IMG/VR virus record: IMGVR_UViG_3300029121_000001
DNA length: 64,000 nt
Source of the DNA: a virus
Strand: one strand, 5' to 3'
The translations under genes were made by a program, and so were the position numbers. The notes beneath the pieces are model-generated. The model saw only the letters and a program-made list of their open reading frames with translations, ran no database searches and was not told the DNA's origin. Within the stretch, counting starts at the first letter, position 1; each line of letters starts with the position of its first letter. Shown piece by piece: positions 18,202 to 27,944 of this stretch.

Positions 18202-18293
18202 ATATCTGATTAGCAAGAATTTCTTATCATGTCGTGAGGTTGAAAGAAAAACAAAGATGTGCGAGTCTTTTATGTAACCTACTAATCAGATAT
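18202..18293 (-). other. 92-nt structured element closed by a 12-bp stem, immediately 5' of tRNA-Gly
   Basis: ATATCTGATTAG (18202-18213) is the exact reverse complement of CTAATCAGATAT (18282-18293). Nested AGGTT/AACCT and AAAGA/TCTTT pairings lie inside. Confidence 0.35.
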
Positions 18294-18357
18294 ATCGAAA
18301 AGATCCACTTTGCTCAATAAATCTTTCCGAGTAATAAATTGTTATATGAATAAAATA

Positions 18358-18855
18358 TTAATTTAAATTAAAAGCATTAATATTTTTTAATGCTTCTCCT
18401 TGTTCCTTAGGAGTATTTTGATCTATAGAATAATTCAATACTGCAAATTTTGCTTTAGATTTAATAGATTCAATCATATGCTCATCTGTATCCATCGGAT
18501 ATCCAACAGATAGAATGTTCTTTTGTATAGGAGTCATTTCTATAATAATACCACTTATAATATATTGAACGCATGAGATCATATTATCTTGTGACATATA
18601 ATTTTCTGTCTCAGGATTCAAATTATAAATCTGCCATTCAGCAAGTTTTTGATTTACCAAATACTCCATTGTTTCTCTAGATTCTTTAATTGAGTATTTG
18701 CTCTGCAGTGTAAATTTGTCCGATTCCTGACGGATTTCTGAGATCCTGAGAAGGGTTTTCGACAAGCGTGTTAAACTCGAATTTAGCATTATTAGTGCTC
18801 CCATTACCGTAATTAGTAATGCTACCACAATAGTTATTATAATAACTGTATTCAT
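18358..18855 (-). CDS. Membrane-anchored protein (166 aa from ATG 18855)
   Basis: GGGGAG RBS 7 nt before ATG 18853-18855. The N-terminal TM helix is 'TVIIITIVVALLITVMGALIML'. It overlaps the 3' end of the upstream gene by 170 nt. Confidence 0.55.
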   Translation of the reverse strand: MNTVIIITIVVALLITVMGALIMLNSSLTRLSKTLLRISEIRQESDKFTLQSKYSIKESRETMEYLVNQKLAEWQIYNLNPETENYMSQDNMISCVQYIISGIIIEMTPIQKNILSVGYPMDTDEHMIESIKSKAKFAVLNYSIDQNTPKEQGEALKNINAFNLN

Positions 18856-19552
18856 TATATTCTCCCCAATTCTTAATATCATCAGATAATTTAAAAAATT
18901 CAACAGAATTTAATTCATTATTTCTCTGACAATTCTGTATATATTTTATTACTTTGTATGCTATATCAAGTGTAATTCCATATCTATATTTGATTAATAG
19001 ATCCCACCATTTACCAAATGTCATAGACAATGGAATATAGAAATCAGGAGTATCATGATAAAGCTGATGCACAGTTTCAGATAGCATTACAATAGGAATA
19101 TTATTATTTCTATGCTCTTGCATAAGAAGAGATATAATATCAAATGTAGTGCATCTGCCAACTGTATTTAATATATGCTGAGAAATTAGAATAGTAATAT
19201 CGTAGATTGTAAGAAAGTTATGATGCATTTCTATATTTGCCATTCCATCTTGTATATTACCAATAACTTGGCATCTATCAAGTCCCATACTCATTAAGTA
19301 TGATTTATAAGATTTATATGTTCTTGACTTTCTAAATCTATGAATGCAATTATCAATAAAATTCTTATATTTATCAATATCAGCAAGTGTATCTCTTGTC
19401 TGATAAAACATTAAAGGATATTCACATCTTGGAAAATATATAGTAGGAATAGGATCCTGTGTATTAATATATTCTTGAGCTAAATATATATTTATATTGC
19501 TACTATCAGCTATTTTGGTATCATTATCATATGGAATAATATCTGCACTCAT
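18686..19552 (-). CDS. Hypothetical protein (288 aa)
   Basis: Long ORF with GGAGG RBS. 'IEMHHNF...SETVHQLYH' is vaguely HNH-like, but I do not call it. The N/Y/G-rich tail lies in the overlap. Confidence 0.55.
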   Translation of the reverse strand: MSADIIPYDNDTKIADSSNINIYLAQEYINTQDPIPTIYFPRCEYPLMFYQTRDTLADIDKYKNFIDNCIHRFRKSRTYKSYKSYLMSMGLDRCQVIGNIQDGMANIEMHHNFLTIYDITILISQHILNTVGRCTTFDIISLLMQEHRNNNIPIVMLSETVHQLYHDTPDFYIPLSMTFGKWWDLLIKYRYGITLDIAYKVIKYIQNCQRNNELNSVEFFKLSDDIKNWGEYNEYSYYNNYCGSITNYGNGSTNNAKFEFNTLVENPSQDLRNPSGIGQIYTAEQILN

Positions 19553-19639
19553 AATAAAATACCTCCTAAATTACTAAAATGTGGAGGATGAGATAGTTGA
19601 CATATATGTAATTATTAATGACGATTGGAGGATATGAGC

Positions 19640-22600
19640 ATGGAAAAAGTATCCTTGTCCAACAAAGTATTTTCAGAAAATCCTTTGTTGGATGAAATTG
19701 TCTATAATGCCAGACAAATTGCAACTGGTGTTATAGTAAAAGATTCAGATTTAGCAGATAAATGTGAAACAAAAGAATCTCTAATAAATGGAGATATTCT
19801 AGTAGCAATTGGTAATAATACTATTGCTTTTAGTAATTTTTATTACGATGAAGATACTCTAGGCAAATTCTATCCAAAAGCTCAAGCAAAAGCATATGCT
19901 AAAGATAATGATCTTATTCCAAAAAGAGATAGAGATGCACTTCTAAAAATGGCTATTGAAATCTTCAATGAAACATATGAAGAAAAGAATAACTATTATA
20001 GAATGCTTCATGGTCAACCTGCTTATGATGAAACAGGTGTTTGGAAAGGATTATGGATTGATACAAAATATATTGATCCTATGCGACCTACAAATATTTC
20101 TCATGTATCCCCTTATTATAAAGAAGATATCGAATATGATGAAAATGGAGACCAAGTTGTGGTCTCCGATTATGTTCCTATTAGTGAACTTAGTATATCC
20201 AATAAGAATCTTATTTATGAGAATGGAACATGTGAAAATATTTATGAAGATACTAATACACTAGCATCTTGGAATCTTACTAAGCATGATGTTCAATATA
20301 TCATGTATATTGGTGATAGAGAAGTAGATTATTATAATGCTAGAGTAGCAGAGAAATTTGCTCTTCTTTATTGTCCTAAATCTGATGCTGAAGAAGTGCA
20401 GACTAGATTTAAAGATTTATTTGAAGCAAACAGAATGTATCTTCTCTATACAATGTATCAGGAAGCTTATAAATATAGATCTGATTATTATGACAATTTT
20501 ATGATGATCTTTCTTGTTATTCAGACTATCATTGATCTGATCGTTGAACTTCCTGAATATATTATTAGACGAGATATATTTGATACTCGTACTTGTAAAT
20601 ATATTTTTGAATCTAATGGTGTTAAATATTTTAAGGATATTCCATTGAAATATCAGGTTTCTCTAGTTAAAAATCTAAATAAACTTATTAAATTTAAATC
20701 TACTGATAAATGTATAATAGATATTATTTCTATCTTTGGTATCGAAGACATTGAAGTCTTTAGATATTATATTATGAAAGATAGAAATTTGAATTCAAAA
20801 GATAATTTGGATTATTTTGATGAGAAGAAATCTAAAACAGATTCAATGGGTAATACATCAATTGTAGATGATAATGATACGAATTATGACTTAAAGTTTA
20901 TCAAAGTTCCATTGCTAGATAACTATGATAATTATATCAGAAAAGATTCTAGTGTAGAAACTTATGATTCTGTAACAGATTCTGATGCATACTGGATTGG
21001 TGATAAGCAATATAAAGAAATTAAGAAGGATATTAAAGATCTTGATTTTACTGTATTAAGATCTAAATACTATTCTATCGAAGCTGTTATAGATTTAGCA
21101 AAGCATAATTTTACAATATCTTACTTCATGAATATCTTGATGTATAATGATATTGATAAGTCTGCTTTGAAAGTGAATATACCTACTATCTCTACAACAA
21201 AGAAATTTGAATTAGTAGATATTATTATTGCTCTATATGCTTTAAGCTATATTTATTATGGGGTAGAAGATACTATTATTGATACAAGAGCTAAGTGTGC
21301 ACAGATTCTTGGATTCAATATGGAAGCAGATCTATCTAAGATAGCTAACTGGCTAGAGGAAAATCATAAAGGGCTGACTCTAAAGGATCTTCATATTGAT
21401 ACATATAAAGTTCCTGACGATCATTCTATTATGACTTTTAAAGAACTAGAAGATATCTATTTTACAAATAAAGATATTTATAAACATATTACAGAAGTAA
21501 TGAGAAATCCTCCTTCTAAGGAAATCTATGATGCATATAGATATCTTTATAAATCTCTATTGACTACAAATCTCAATATGGAGTATTTCTTAATTGGAGA
21601 GAATAATATTGTAGATCAATATAAGAGTAATGGGTATCATGGTAAATTCATTGTACTTCCTGAGAAAAACAAATATCATAATCCAGATGATTTTACTCGT
21701 GACTGGAAATGGCTAGTTGAATCTATAGAAGATAAAGATCTATGCTTTGTAGTTCCTAATACATTTTCTGAAGATCATAATCTTGATGTATATATCAAAA
21801 AGAATAATGATCTAGAAAAAGTCGGAACAGCAAAAATGGCTTATACATATAGAGAATATCTAGCACATAAAGATGGATCTATATATGCTTTCTTGACCGC
21901 AATTGCTAATATGAATAGTACTGATACTAGACAAGAAGCTTGTGTCAATGCTATACAAGCAATTGTATCTTATCTAAAAGACTATATAGATGAGAAAGAT
22001 GATCTTAAACTAGATACTGTATTCTCTGGACTACCTTCTATTTCTATTGATTTTATTAAGCGATATATAACAGAGGTTATTGACTTCTTTAAGTCTTTTA
22101 AGATCTTTACACATGATTCATCTATTATCTATACAATAGATGATAATTTTGAAAATTATGTTCAGATTATTGATCATATTCTTCTTAAGTATCTATTCGA
22201 TAAGAGTGAGATTATTAAGATAGAAGATGCTATTAATAATATTACATCTAAACTATCTCCTAAAGAGAAGTGTAGATTGATCGATAAAGTATGGTTTGAT
22301 ATTACTACTTGGCTTACCAAGAATTATAATGAGTATTATAATTCCGATAATTATAAGCAGACAGAAAAGATTATTAGAGATTATGTAGATAGATATTCTA
22401 CTCTAGTATTAAATTCTGAAGAATTTGTTGATCATTATATTGAAGAGATTGATGATTATGCTGTAGATGCTATTGTGCATATGATAGTTGATCTTGTATA
22501 TAATGAGCATGTAAATATTCTAGAATCTATTTCTACTGCTTATTCTGAAGACTTTGATGACTATTATAATGATTGGCTAGTTGATCTTGCTATTTTACTA

Positions 22601-22801
22601 GTAGATGTCAAGTATGAGAGTAGAATGAGATATCAAGATGACTATATAAGATCCGATACTTATGATTTCTATTCTGTATTAAATACGCATGATAAGAGAC
22701 AAAGTATTAAAGGATCTATAAGTAGAAAAGAAAAGTATAATCTACTTGATACGTATTATTCTATTAGCACTCAAGAATTTCCTGCTCATCAATTTGATTA
22801 A
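19640..22801 (+). CDS. Large hypothetical protein (~1053 aa), possibly virion/baseplate
   Basis: GGAGG 8 nt before ATG 19640 (the track uses the upstream TTG at 19625). Uninterrupted 3.1-kb ORF. Confidence 0.65.
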   Translation: MEKVSLSNKVFSENPLLDEIVYNARQIATGVIVKDSDLADKCETKESLINGDILVAIGNNTIAFSNFYYDEDTLGKFYPKAQAKAYAKDNDLIPKRDRDALLKMAIEIFNETYEEKNNYYRMLHGQPAYDETGVWKGLWIDTKYIDPMRPTNISHVSPYYKEDIEYDENGDQVVVSDYVPISELSISNKNLIYENGTCENIYEDTNTLASWNLTKHDVQYIMYIGDREVDYYNARVAEKFALLYCPKSDAEEVQTRFKDLFEANRMYLLYTMYQEAYKYRSDYYDNFMMIFLVIQTIIDLIVELPEYIIRRDIFDTRTCKYIFESNGVKYFKDIPLKYQVSLVKNLNKLIKFKSTDKCIIDIISIFGIEDIEVFRYYIMKDRNLNSKDNLDYFDEKKSKTDSMGNTSIVDDNDTNYDLKFIKVPLLDNYDNYIRKDSSVETYDSVTDSDAYWIGDKQYKEIKKDIKDLDFTVLRSKYYSIEAVIDLAKHNFTISYFMNILMYNDIDKSALKVNIPTISTTKKFELVDIIIALYALSYIYYGVEDTIIDTRAKCAQILGFNMEADLSKIANWLEENHKGLTLKDLHIDTYKVPDDHSIMTFKELEDIYFTNKDIYKHITEVMRNPPSKEIYDAYRYLYKSLLTTNLNMEYFLIGENNIVDQYKSNGYHGKFIVLPEKNKYHNPDDFTRDWKWLVESIEDKDLCFVVPNTFSEDHNLDVYIKKNNDLEKVGTAKMAYTYREYLAHKDGSIYAFLTAIANMNSTDTRQEACVNAIQAIVSYLKDYIDEKDDLKLDTVFSGLPSISIDFIKRYITEVIDFFKSFKIFTHDSSIIYTIDDNFENYVQIIDHILLKYLFDKSEIIKIEDAINNITSKLSPKEKCRLIDKVWFDITTWLTKNYNEYYNSDNYKQTEKIIRDYVDRYSTLVLNSEEFVDHYIEEIDDYAVDAIVHMIVDLVYNEHVNILESISTAYSEDFDDYYNDWLVDLAILLVDVKYESRMRYQDDYIRSDTYDFYSVLNTHDKRQSIKGSISRKEKYNLLDTYYSISTQEFPAHQFD

Positions 22802-22818
22802 TAAGGAGAATTTTTATC

Positions 22819-23355
22819 ATGGCCATTTTTACTGAATCATATTGTCAAAATGTCCTTGAAGGATTTATGGATAGCTATAAAGAAAATAAAAAGAAAAAGG
22901 AAGAAGAAAAGAGAAAGAAAGAAGAGGAATATCAAGCACGCAAGAAAAAGATAGAAGCTAATAATAAAAAGAAGTTTAACTTCCAGGGCATTTCTCTTTC
23001 ATGTTATGATACTGAAGATCCTGAACGACTGATTAATCTTGCAAATAAGAATATATCAGATATTAAGGATAATGCTGCTGAAGTTATGTGGAATGATATA
23101 GACAATGAATATGATTATGGTGAATATTCAGAGCCTGCTAAACTTGATCAATTCTTCAAACAATATCCTAAATATACAGATCTTAGCTCTCAAATGATCG
23201 TAACAGATGGACAGATTTGTGATGATGGACTTGATCTTACATTTAAAATGAAATGTAAAGATCCGACTTGTCCTAAAGGACGAGAAGTATATCTGACAGT
23301 ATCTTTCGATTCTAATGATAATGCAGAATATAGCGGTATAGATGTATCTCATTAA
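22819..23355 (+). CDS. Hypothetical protein with a K/E-rich N-terminal helix (178 aa)
   Basis: 'KENKKKKEEEKRKKEEEYQARKKKIEANNKKK'. AAGGAG RBS. Confidence 0.55.
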   Translation: MAIFTESYCQNVLEGFMDSYKENKKKKEEEKRKKEEEYQARKKKIEANNKKKFNFQGISLSCYDTEDPERLINLANKNISDIKDNAAEVMWNDIDNEYDYGEYSEPAKLDQFFKQYPKYTDLSSQMIVTDGQICDDGLDLTFKMKCKDPTCPKGREVYLTVSFDSNDNAEYSGIDVSH

Positions 23356-23416
23356 TTGCTATATATTTATATACCGGAACATTCAAATAATTAACTAAAA
23401 TGGAGGTTTTAGAAAC

Positions 23417-24280
23417 ATGTCTGATAAGCATTTGACATTTTTCGATTCTCAGCAGAATCGTGATGAAGCAAATATTCATAAGTCGTTTCTTCGTGGTGAA
23501 GTAATCTTTAAGAGTATCGATACTGGTGAGGTTCTTCTGACAACACACAATAGAGTTGTCATTGCTGGTTCTCAGTTCGTTGCAGAAAAGTGTTTCAATC
23601 TTCCTGAGCTAGTTCATCTGCCTACTTATAACGAATCTCTAGAACTAGAGAATTCTCTAAATGGAGCAACTCCTGGTAACATTCCTAAGATTTGTCTATT
23701 CTGCTGTGGTACTAATGGATGTGGCACTGAGAATTCTCAAGTATTCCCTGTTCGTTATACTAAGAGAATTCCTGTTGACTCTCAGCAAGAGCATACGAAT
23801 CCCACAGATCCTAATAATACTCTCAGTGGTATTGTTCCTTTCCGTTATCAGCTTACTCAAAATGATTTGAGTGATGAACTTCGTCAGAAGTACTTTGGTC
23901 GTCAGGTTACTAGAGATGGTGAGCGTATTGCATATTACTTTAAGGCTTTCGAGTCTGATCCTAAGATGTATATGCGCTTTGTCGATGGTACTATCATTGA
24001 TGAAAATCTGTATGATTCTCAAAATGAAACTGATGCAGAAACTTATGTTGAGATGAATCTGAGAATCACTAAGGATGATTTCCGCGATTATTTCAGAGCT
24101 ACATCTTCTATCAATGATGCTAAGATCAATAGTATCTCCCTAGTAACTGCATGGTATAATGAGAATGGTGGATATCGTTGGTATCAGGATATTATTCCTA
24201 TGACCCAGCTGAATATTCCCAATGAGCCGCTAATTGACCTTACTAAGGGTATTGATATTACTTATCATATTTACTTCTAA
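23417..24280 (+). CDS. Hypothetical protein (287 aa)
   Basis: ORF with GGAGG RBS, 12 nt upstream of the beta' fragment gene. Confidence 0.6.
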   Translation: MSDKHLTFFDSQQNRDEANIHKSFLRGEVIFKSIDTGEVLLTTHNRVVIAGSQFVAEKCFNLPELVHLPTYNESLELENSLNGATPGNIPKICLFCCGTNGCGTENSQVFPVRYTKRIPVDSQQEHTNPTDPNNTLSGIVPFRYQLTQNDLSDELRQKYFGRQVTRDGERIAYYFKAFESDPKMYMRFVDGTIIDENLYDSQNETDAETYVEMNLRITKDDFRDYFRATSSINDAKINSISLVTAWYNENGGYRWYQDIIPMTQLNIPNEPLIDLTKGIDITYHIYF

Positions 24281-24292
24281 TGGAGGCTAAAT

Positions 24293-25528
24293 ATGGCTAG
24301 TAACAAAAGAGAATCTAAAATAATCAAAGATCCTACTCTTAAGCAAGAGCTTCTCAATATCAAAGAAAAAGAAATCACATCTTCTTTTATTTTTGGTCTA
24401 TTTGGAAATTATAATGGACGTGCTAAATGCCATCCTTATGATATTCTAGAAGTACCTCCTGGATATTATGGTCCTGAAGGCAATAAAAATAAAAATAGTT
24501 TTATCACAACTGTAGGAATTTGGATATTCAACAAGTGGTTTATTGAAAGTGAACTATTTGATCTATTTGGATATATCAATAAGACTATCAATGGTGATCA
24601 ACTAGAAGATATGAATCAAGATCTTTCATATGCACTTATGGAAGATCGTATTTCTGTTCAAACTCTTAAGAATTATCTAATGAAAACTCAGTTTACAATG
24701 CAGTTTGTTACGGTGCTTGCACCTAATTACACAGAAGAATTGTTGACTTGTAGTGTTCAAATAGATAAGAAAAAGAATGAGCTTATTAAGCAGCATAAAA
24801 AAGAGCTTGAAGCTGGAGATACTGTTGTTGCAAAACAGATTGAGGATGAGCTTATTGCTTATGCAAAGGAACTTTTGAAAGATGATCCTGCAATGGATTC
24901 TTTCGTTTCTGGAGCAAGATCTAATATCAATAATAACTTCAAGAATATGTTTATCTGGAAAGGTGCTACTAGAGATCCTAACCCTGATTCTAAGCAAGAG
25001 TTTCGTATTGCTACTTCTAATTATATGGAAGGAATTAAAAGAGAAGAATACTCTCTATATTCTAATTCTGGTATTGAAGGTGCATACTCTCGTGGTAAGA
25101 AAACTGAGGGTGGCGGATATCTAGAGAACCTTACTACTATGGCATATCAAGACTTAGTACTTGATGAAGATGGAACAGATTGTCATACTGATAGACATAT
25201 CGAAGTTGAACTGACTCCTAAGAATGTGAATCAGTATATGTATAACAATATTATAGGAAGTAATGGTAAGCTAATTGAACTTAATTCTCAAAACCGTGAT
25301 AAGTTCATTGGTAAGAAAGTTAAGATGCGTATGGCTTATCTATGTCCTCATGAAAAACCCTGTAATGCATGTGCTGGTAACTTCTATAAGAAACTTGGAA
25401 TTAAGAATGTTGGACTTACTCTTATGCAGGTTTTCTCTATCTATAAGAATAAGTCTATGAAGGCATTCCATGACTCTACAGTTCAATTAACAGAAATCGA
25501 TACTATGAAAGCATTTGGATATAAGTAA
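24293..25528 (+). CDS. Multisubunit RNA polymerase beta'-like fragment (region downstream of the catalytic loop through the bridge helix to the start of the trigger loop)
   Basis: Colinear with E. coli RpoC. 'TTVGIWIFNK' matches 'TTVGRAILW'. 'SGARSN...WKGATRDP' matches 'SGARGS...MRGLMAKP'. 'SNYMEGI...YSRGKKTEGGGYLENLTTMAYQD' matches 'ANFREGL...[30 protein letters not shown]'. 'CNACAG' matches 'CAHCYG'. 'MKAFHDS' matches 'MRTFHIGG'. Confidence 0.8.
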   Translation: MASNKRESKIIKDPTLKQELLNIKEKEITSSFIFGLFGNYNGRAKCHPYDILEVPPGYYGPEGNKNKNSFITTVGIWIFNKWFIESELFDLFGYINKTINGDQLEDMNQDLSYALMEDRISVQTLKNYLMKTQFTMQFVTVLAPNYTEELLTCSVQIDKKKNELIKQHKKELEAGDTVVAKQIEDELIAYAKELLKDDPAMDSFVSGARSNINNNFKNMFIWKGATRDPNPDSKQEFRIATSNYMEGIKREEYSLYSNSGIEGAYSRGKKTEGGGYLENLTTMAYQDLVLDEDGTDCHTDRHIEVELTPKNVNQYMYNNIIGSNGKLIELNSQNRDKFIGKKVKMRMAYLCPHEKPCNACAGNFYKKLGIKNVGLTLMQVFSIYKNKSMKAFHDSTVQLTEIDTMKAFGYK

Positions 25529-25550
25529 CATCTAAAGATAGGAGTTCTTT

Positions 25551-25949
25551 ATGGAATTCTCAATCAATAAAGATGACTACTATGATCTAACACAAAACCG
25601 AATTACAATAAGAGGATATAGAAAAACAGATAGTATAGAAGATGCTAAGACTCTCTCATATCCTAGCATTCTTCCTAATCTATATTGTATTACCAAGACT
25701 GGACAAGTATATTCTACAATTAATGATATTTACATTGCCTGGGCTTTTAAGAATAATATTCCATTTGTAAATCTTTCATGTGTTATAGATGGAAAATGGA
25801 GATTAGAACCTTTTTATATTAAAGACCTGATGGCTTGTAGCTATATTGCTAACGCAAATAGTTATTTAGAGAGGGGTTATCATGCCTCTAATATAGATGG
25901 TGATCCTAGGAATTGTAGATACAATAATATAGTATATATAAAATCTTGA
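25551..25949 (+). CDS. Short, probably decayed HNH (HNH_3/NUMOD4-type) homing-endonuclease-like ORF, free-standing
   Basis: 'LYCITKTGQVYS' and 'YHASNIDGDPRNCRYNNIVYI' parallel 'YYMISNCGRVFN' and 'VNHINGDKFDNRIFNLEWC' of the intron-encoded HNH at 52013..52738. It ends right after the HNH core. Confidence 0.5.
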   Translation: MEFSINKDDYYDLTQNRITIRGYRKTDSIEDAKTLSYPSILPNLYCITKTGQVYSTINDIYIAWAFKNNIPFVNLSCVIDGKWRLEPFYIKDLMACSYIANANSYLERGYHASNIDGDPRNCRYNNIVYIKS

Positions 25950-25974
25950 TTGGTAATACAAAAAAAAAATAAAG

Positions 25975-25997
25975 CCCGGTAGGAGTAATCCTACCGG
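25975..25997. terminator. Bidirectional terminator between convergent genes
   Basis: CCCGGTAGGA / TCCTACCGG stem flanked by an A run and a T run. Confidence 0.7.
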
Positions 25998-26007
25998 ACC
26001 TTTTTAT

Positions 26008-26382
26008 TTATTCATCATAGTCTTTTTCAACACTATGATCACTGATCCATTTACATGCATCAGTGCCGCATACGCTATCTTCATATGCATATTTAAAGTT
26101 GTTTCTATTAAGAGGCATGAATTTATCTTTCGGATTAACTTTGCTTTCAGTAAGATTGAAAGTATGATCAGTGATAATAGTGCCAAAGAAATTTACTACA
26201 ACCGAAGGCTCAAGAGTTCTAGGACGACTGGGATTATCTCCATGTCTAAGATCATACATTTTGATGAATCCAGGAAGTGAAGACCTATAAAGATGGCTCT
26301 CTGTAAATAGACATTTAATACCATCAATCTCTACAACCTGATAGTTGACAATAGCATCATCATAATTAAAACAATAATTCAT
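26008..26382 (-). CDS. Hypothetical protein (124 aa)
   Basis: ORF with RBS. No secure motif. Confidence 0.5.
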   Translation of the reverse strand: MNYCFNYDDAIVNYQVVEIDGIKCLFTESHLYRSSLPGFIKMYDLRHGDNPSRPRTLEPSVVVNFFGTIITDHTFNLTESKVNPKDKFMPLNRNNFKYAYEDSVCGTDACKWISDHSVEKDYDE

Positions 26383-26408
26383 ATTAAACTTCCTTTCTTT
26401 TTAAATAA

Positions 26409-27431
26409 TCACATAATTGCATCTGTACTTATCCCATGAATAGAAGCAAACATGTGAATTATAGTTTCAATAGCAAATATCGGTGATACTTCATGCCTTA
26501 ATAATCTTTGATATTGCGCAATTCCATTTTCTATAGGGGTATTATTCATTGGATCATAATTATATTCTTTAGTATCATATTCAATTTGCATAGGATATAA
26601 TCCATGAACGTGATACCATAATATTTGTCCATTATGATATTCATCTATTACAACTCCACCATCTCCAGATTCTAAATCTTCAATAGGAATATTAGGTTTT
26701 CTAGATATCCTATCAGATATAAAAAATACTTTATCTGATTTTGGATCTTTTGTAAAATCTCCAATTATATTTACAATATCACCAGGCTTAAAAGGATTTG
26801 GAAATTCATAATATCTATCTTCAATTGGATTCTCAACAAGAAGCTCATCATTATATTCAGAAGACGTATGCAATACAATAGGTGTACAATATATATTATG
26901 AATCTCTAATGATTTAGGGTCTATATGCGCAATAGCATAACTTTTAGATTCTCCAGTATCTTCAATTTCACATTTTACATCTGTAAAATGTATTTTTTCA
27001 ATCTGTATACTTTGAAAAAGTTGACAATCATTTTTAGAAAATTGTTTACTATTTGACTTTATATATTCCATTGCATTATCATATGATGTGAATAATTCAT
27101 CATACTCACTACCAGATTCAGATTCTACAAAGCTAGCTTTATAGATTTCTCCTTCCTTAGCATATTTAAAATACGATAGATAAATATTTGTTCTAGTAAT
27201 AAAAGAATCTATCTGCTTGATAGTATCAATATCACATAATTCTTTACTATCTTTAAATAGATCTTTTAATTTACGTAACCCATTAATTATCTCGTATATA
27301 GATTTATTATATGCATTCACTATTATAAAATAAATCATATCAGATGGAAGATCAATTTTATTGACTTTATAATATTCTCTCATATCTTTAGAGTCAATAA
27401 AATCTATCAGACAAGTATTAGATAAAATCAT
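26409..27431 (-). CDS. Hypothetical protein (~340 aa from ATG 27431)
   Basis: Long ORF. The internal ATG gives only a 14-nt overlap with the upstream gene. Confidence 0.55.
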   Translation of the reverse strand: MILSNTCLIDFIDSKDMREYYKVNKIDLPSDMIYFIIVNAYNKSIYEIINGLRKLKDLFKDSKELCDIDTIKQIDSFITRTNIYLSYFKYAKEGEIYKASFVESESGSEYDELFTSYDNAMEYIKSNSKQFSKNDCQLFQSIQIEKIHFTDVKCEIEDTGESKSYAIAHIDPKSLEIHNIYCTPIVLHTSSEYNDELLVENPIEDRYYEFPNPFKPGDIVNIIGDFTKDPKSDKVFFISDRISRKPNIPIEDLESGDGGVVIDEYHNGQILWYHVHGLYPMQIEYDTKEYNYDPMNNTPIENGIAQYQRLLRHEVSPIFAIETIIHMFASIHGISTDAIM

Positions 27432-27870
27432 CAATAACACCTCTTCTTTTATAATTGGTATTATAATCACCATTCATATGAGCATAGTCTGGAATAGAAA
27501 TGAAATCAATTTTTCCTTCATTATTTAAATCATTCCAAACTTTACAAGCATATTGATAATTTGTAAATTCTGGATATCTATAAGATTTTTTATTGAACCA
27601 GTCATATAGAATTTGCTCATCTACACTATCAAGTTTATCTTCGTATTTTCCAGCATGTGGAAAATATTTATTTGTGCAAAGACATATTGCTGTATCAATA
27701 TATACTCCTTTAATATGAAAATGAGGTATAGTTCCTTCATTTCCATTCACCATTAATTTACATTTTCCAGCATTCTTAAATTTTATAGCATTTGGCCCTG
27801 TTTCAGGAGCAATACCAACCTCATGAATAGCAACGTATTTTGATCCATCAAATTCTACTTTTACAATCAT
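27418..27870 (-). CDS. Hypothetical protein (150 aa) with 'PHFHI' motif
   Basis: AGAGG RBS. 'NEGTIPHFHIKG' is reminiscent of the DUF4160 'PPHFH' signature (weak). Confidence 0.5.
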   Translation of the reverse strand: MIVKVEFDGSKYVAIHEVGIAPETGPNAIKFKNAGKCKLMVNGNEGTIPHFHIKGVYIDTAICLCTNKYFPHAGKYEDKLDSVDEQILYDWFNKKSYRYPEFTNYQYACKVWNDLNNEGKIDFISIPDYAHMNGDYNTNYKRRGVIDDFI

Positions 27871-27898
27871 TGTAAATTACCTCTTTAATTTTAATTTT

Positions 27899-27942
27899 AG
27901 ATAAGAATGTATCTTATCTTTCAATATTATAATATCTAATTG
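27899..27942 (-). promoter_or_regulatory. Promoter-plus-5'-hairpin module (class 'GATATTATAAT')
   Basis: The minus strand reads CAATTAGATATTATAATATTGAAAGATAAGatacattCTTATCT, nearly identical to 9866-9890. Confidence 0.5.
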
Positions 27943-27944
27943 AA

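Noticed and set aside
17873-18277. ORFs 17873..18277 (+) and 17891..18181 (-).
   Set aside because: They run straight across three well-formed tRNA genes and the GC-rich spacer. Their openness comes from the GC-rich RNA genes.
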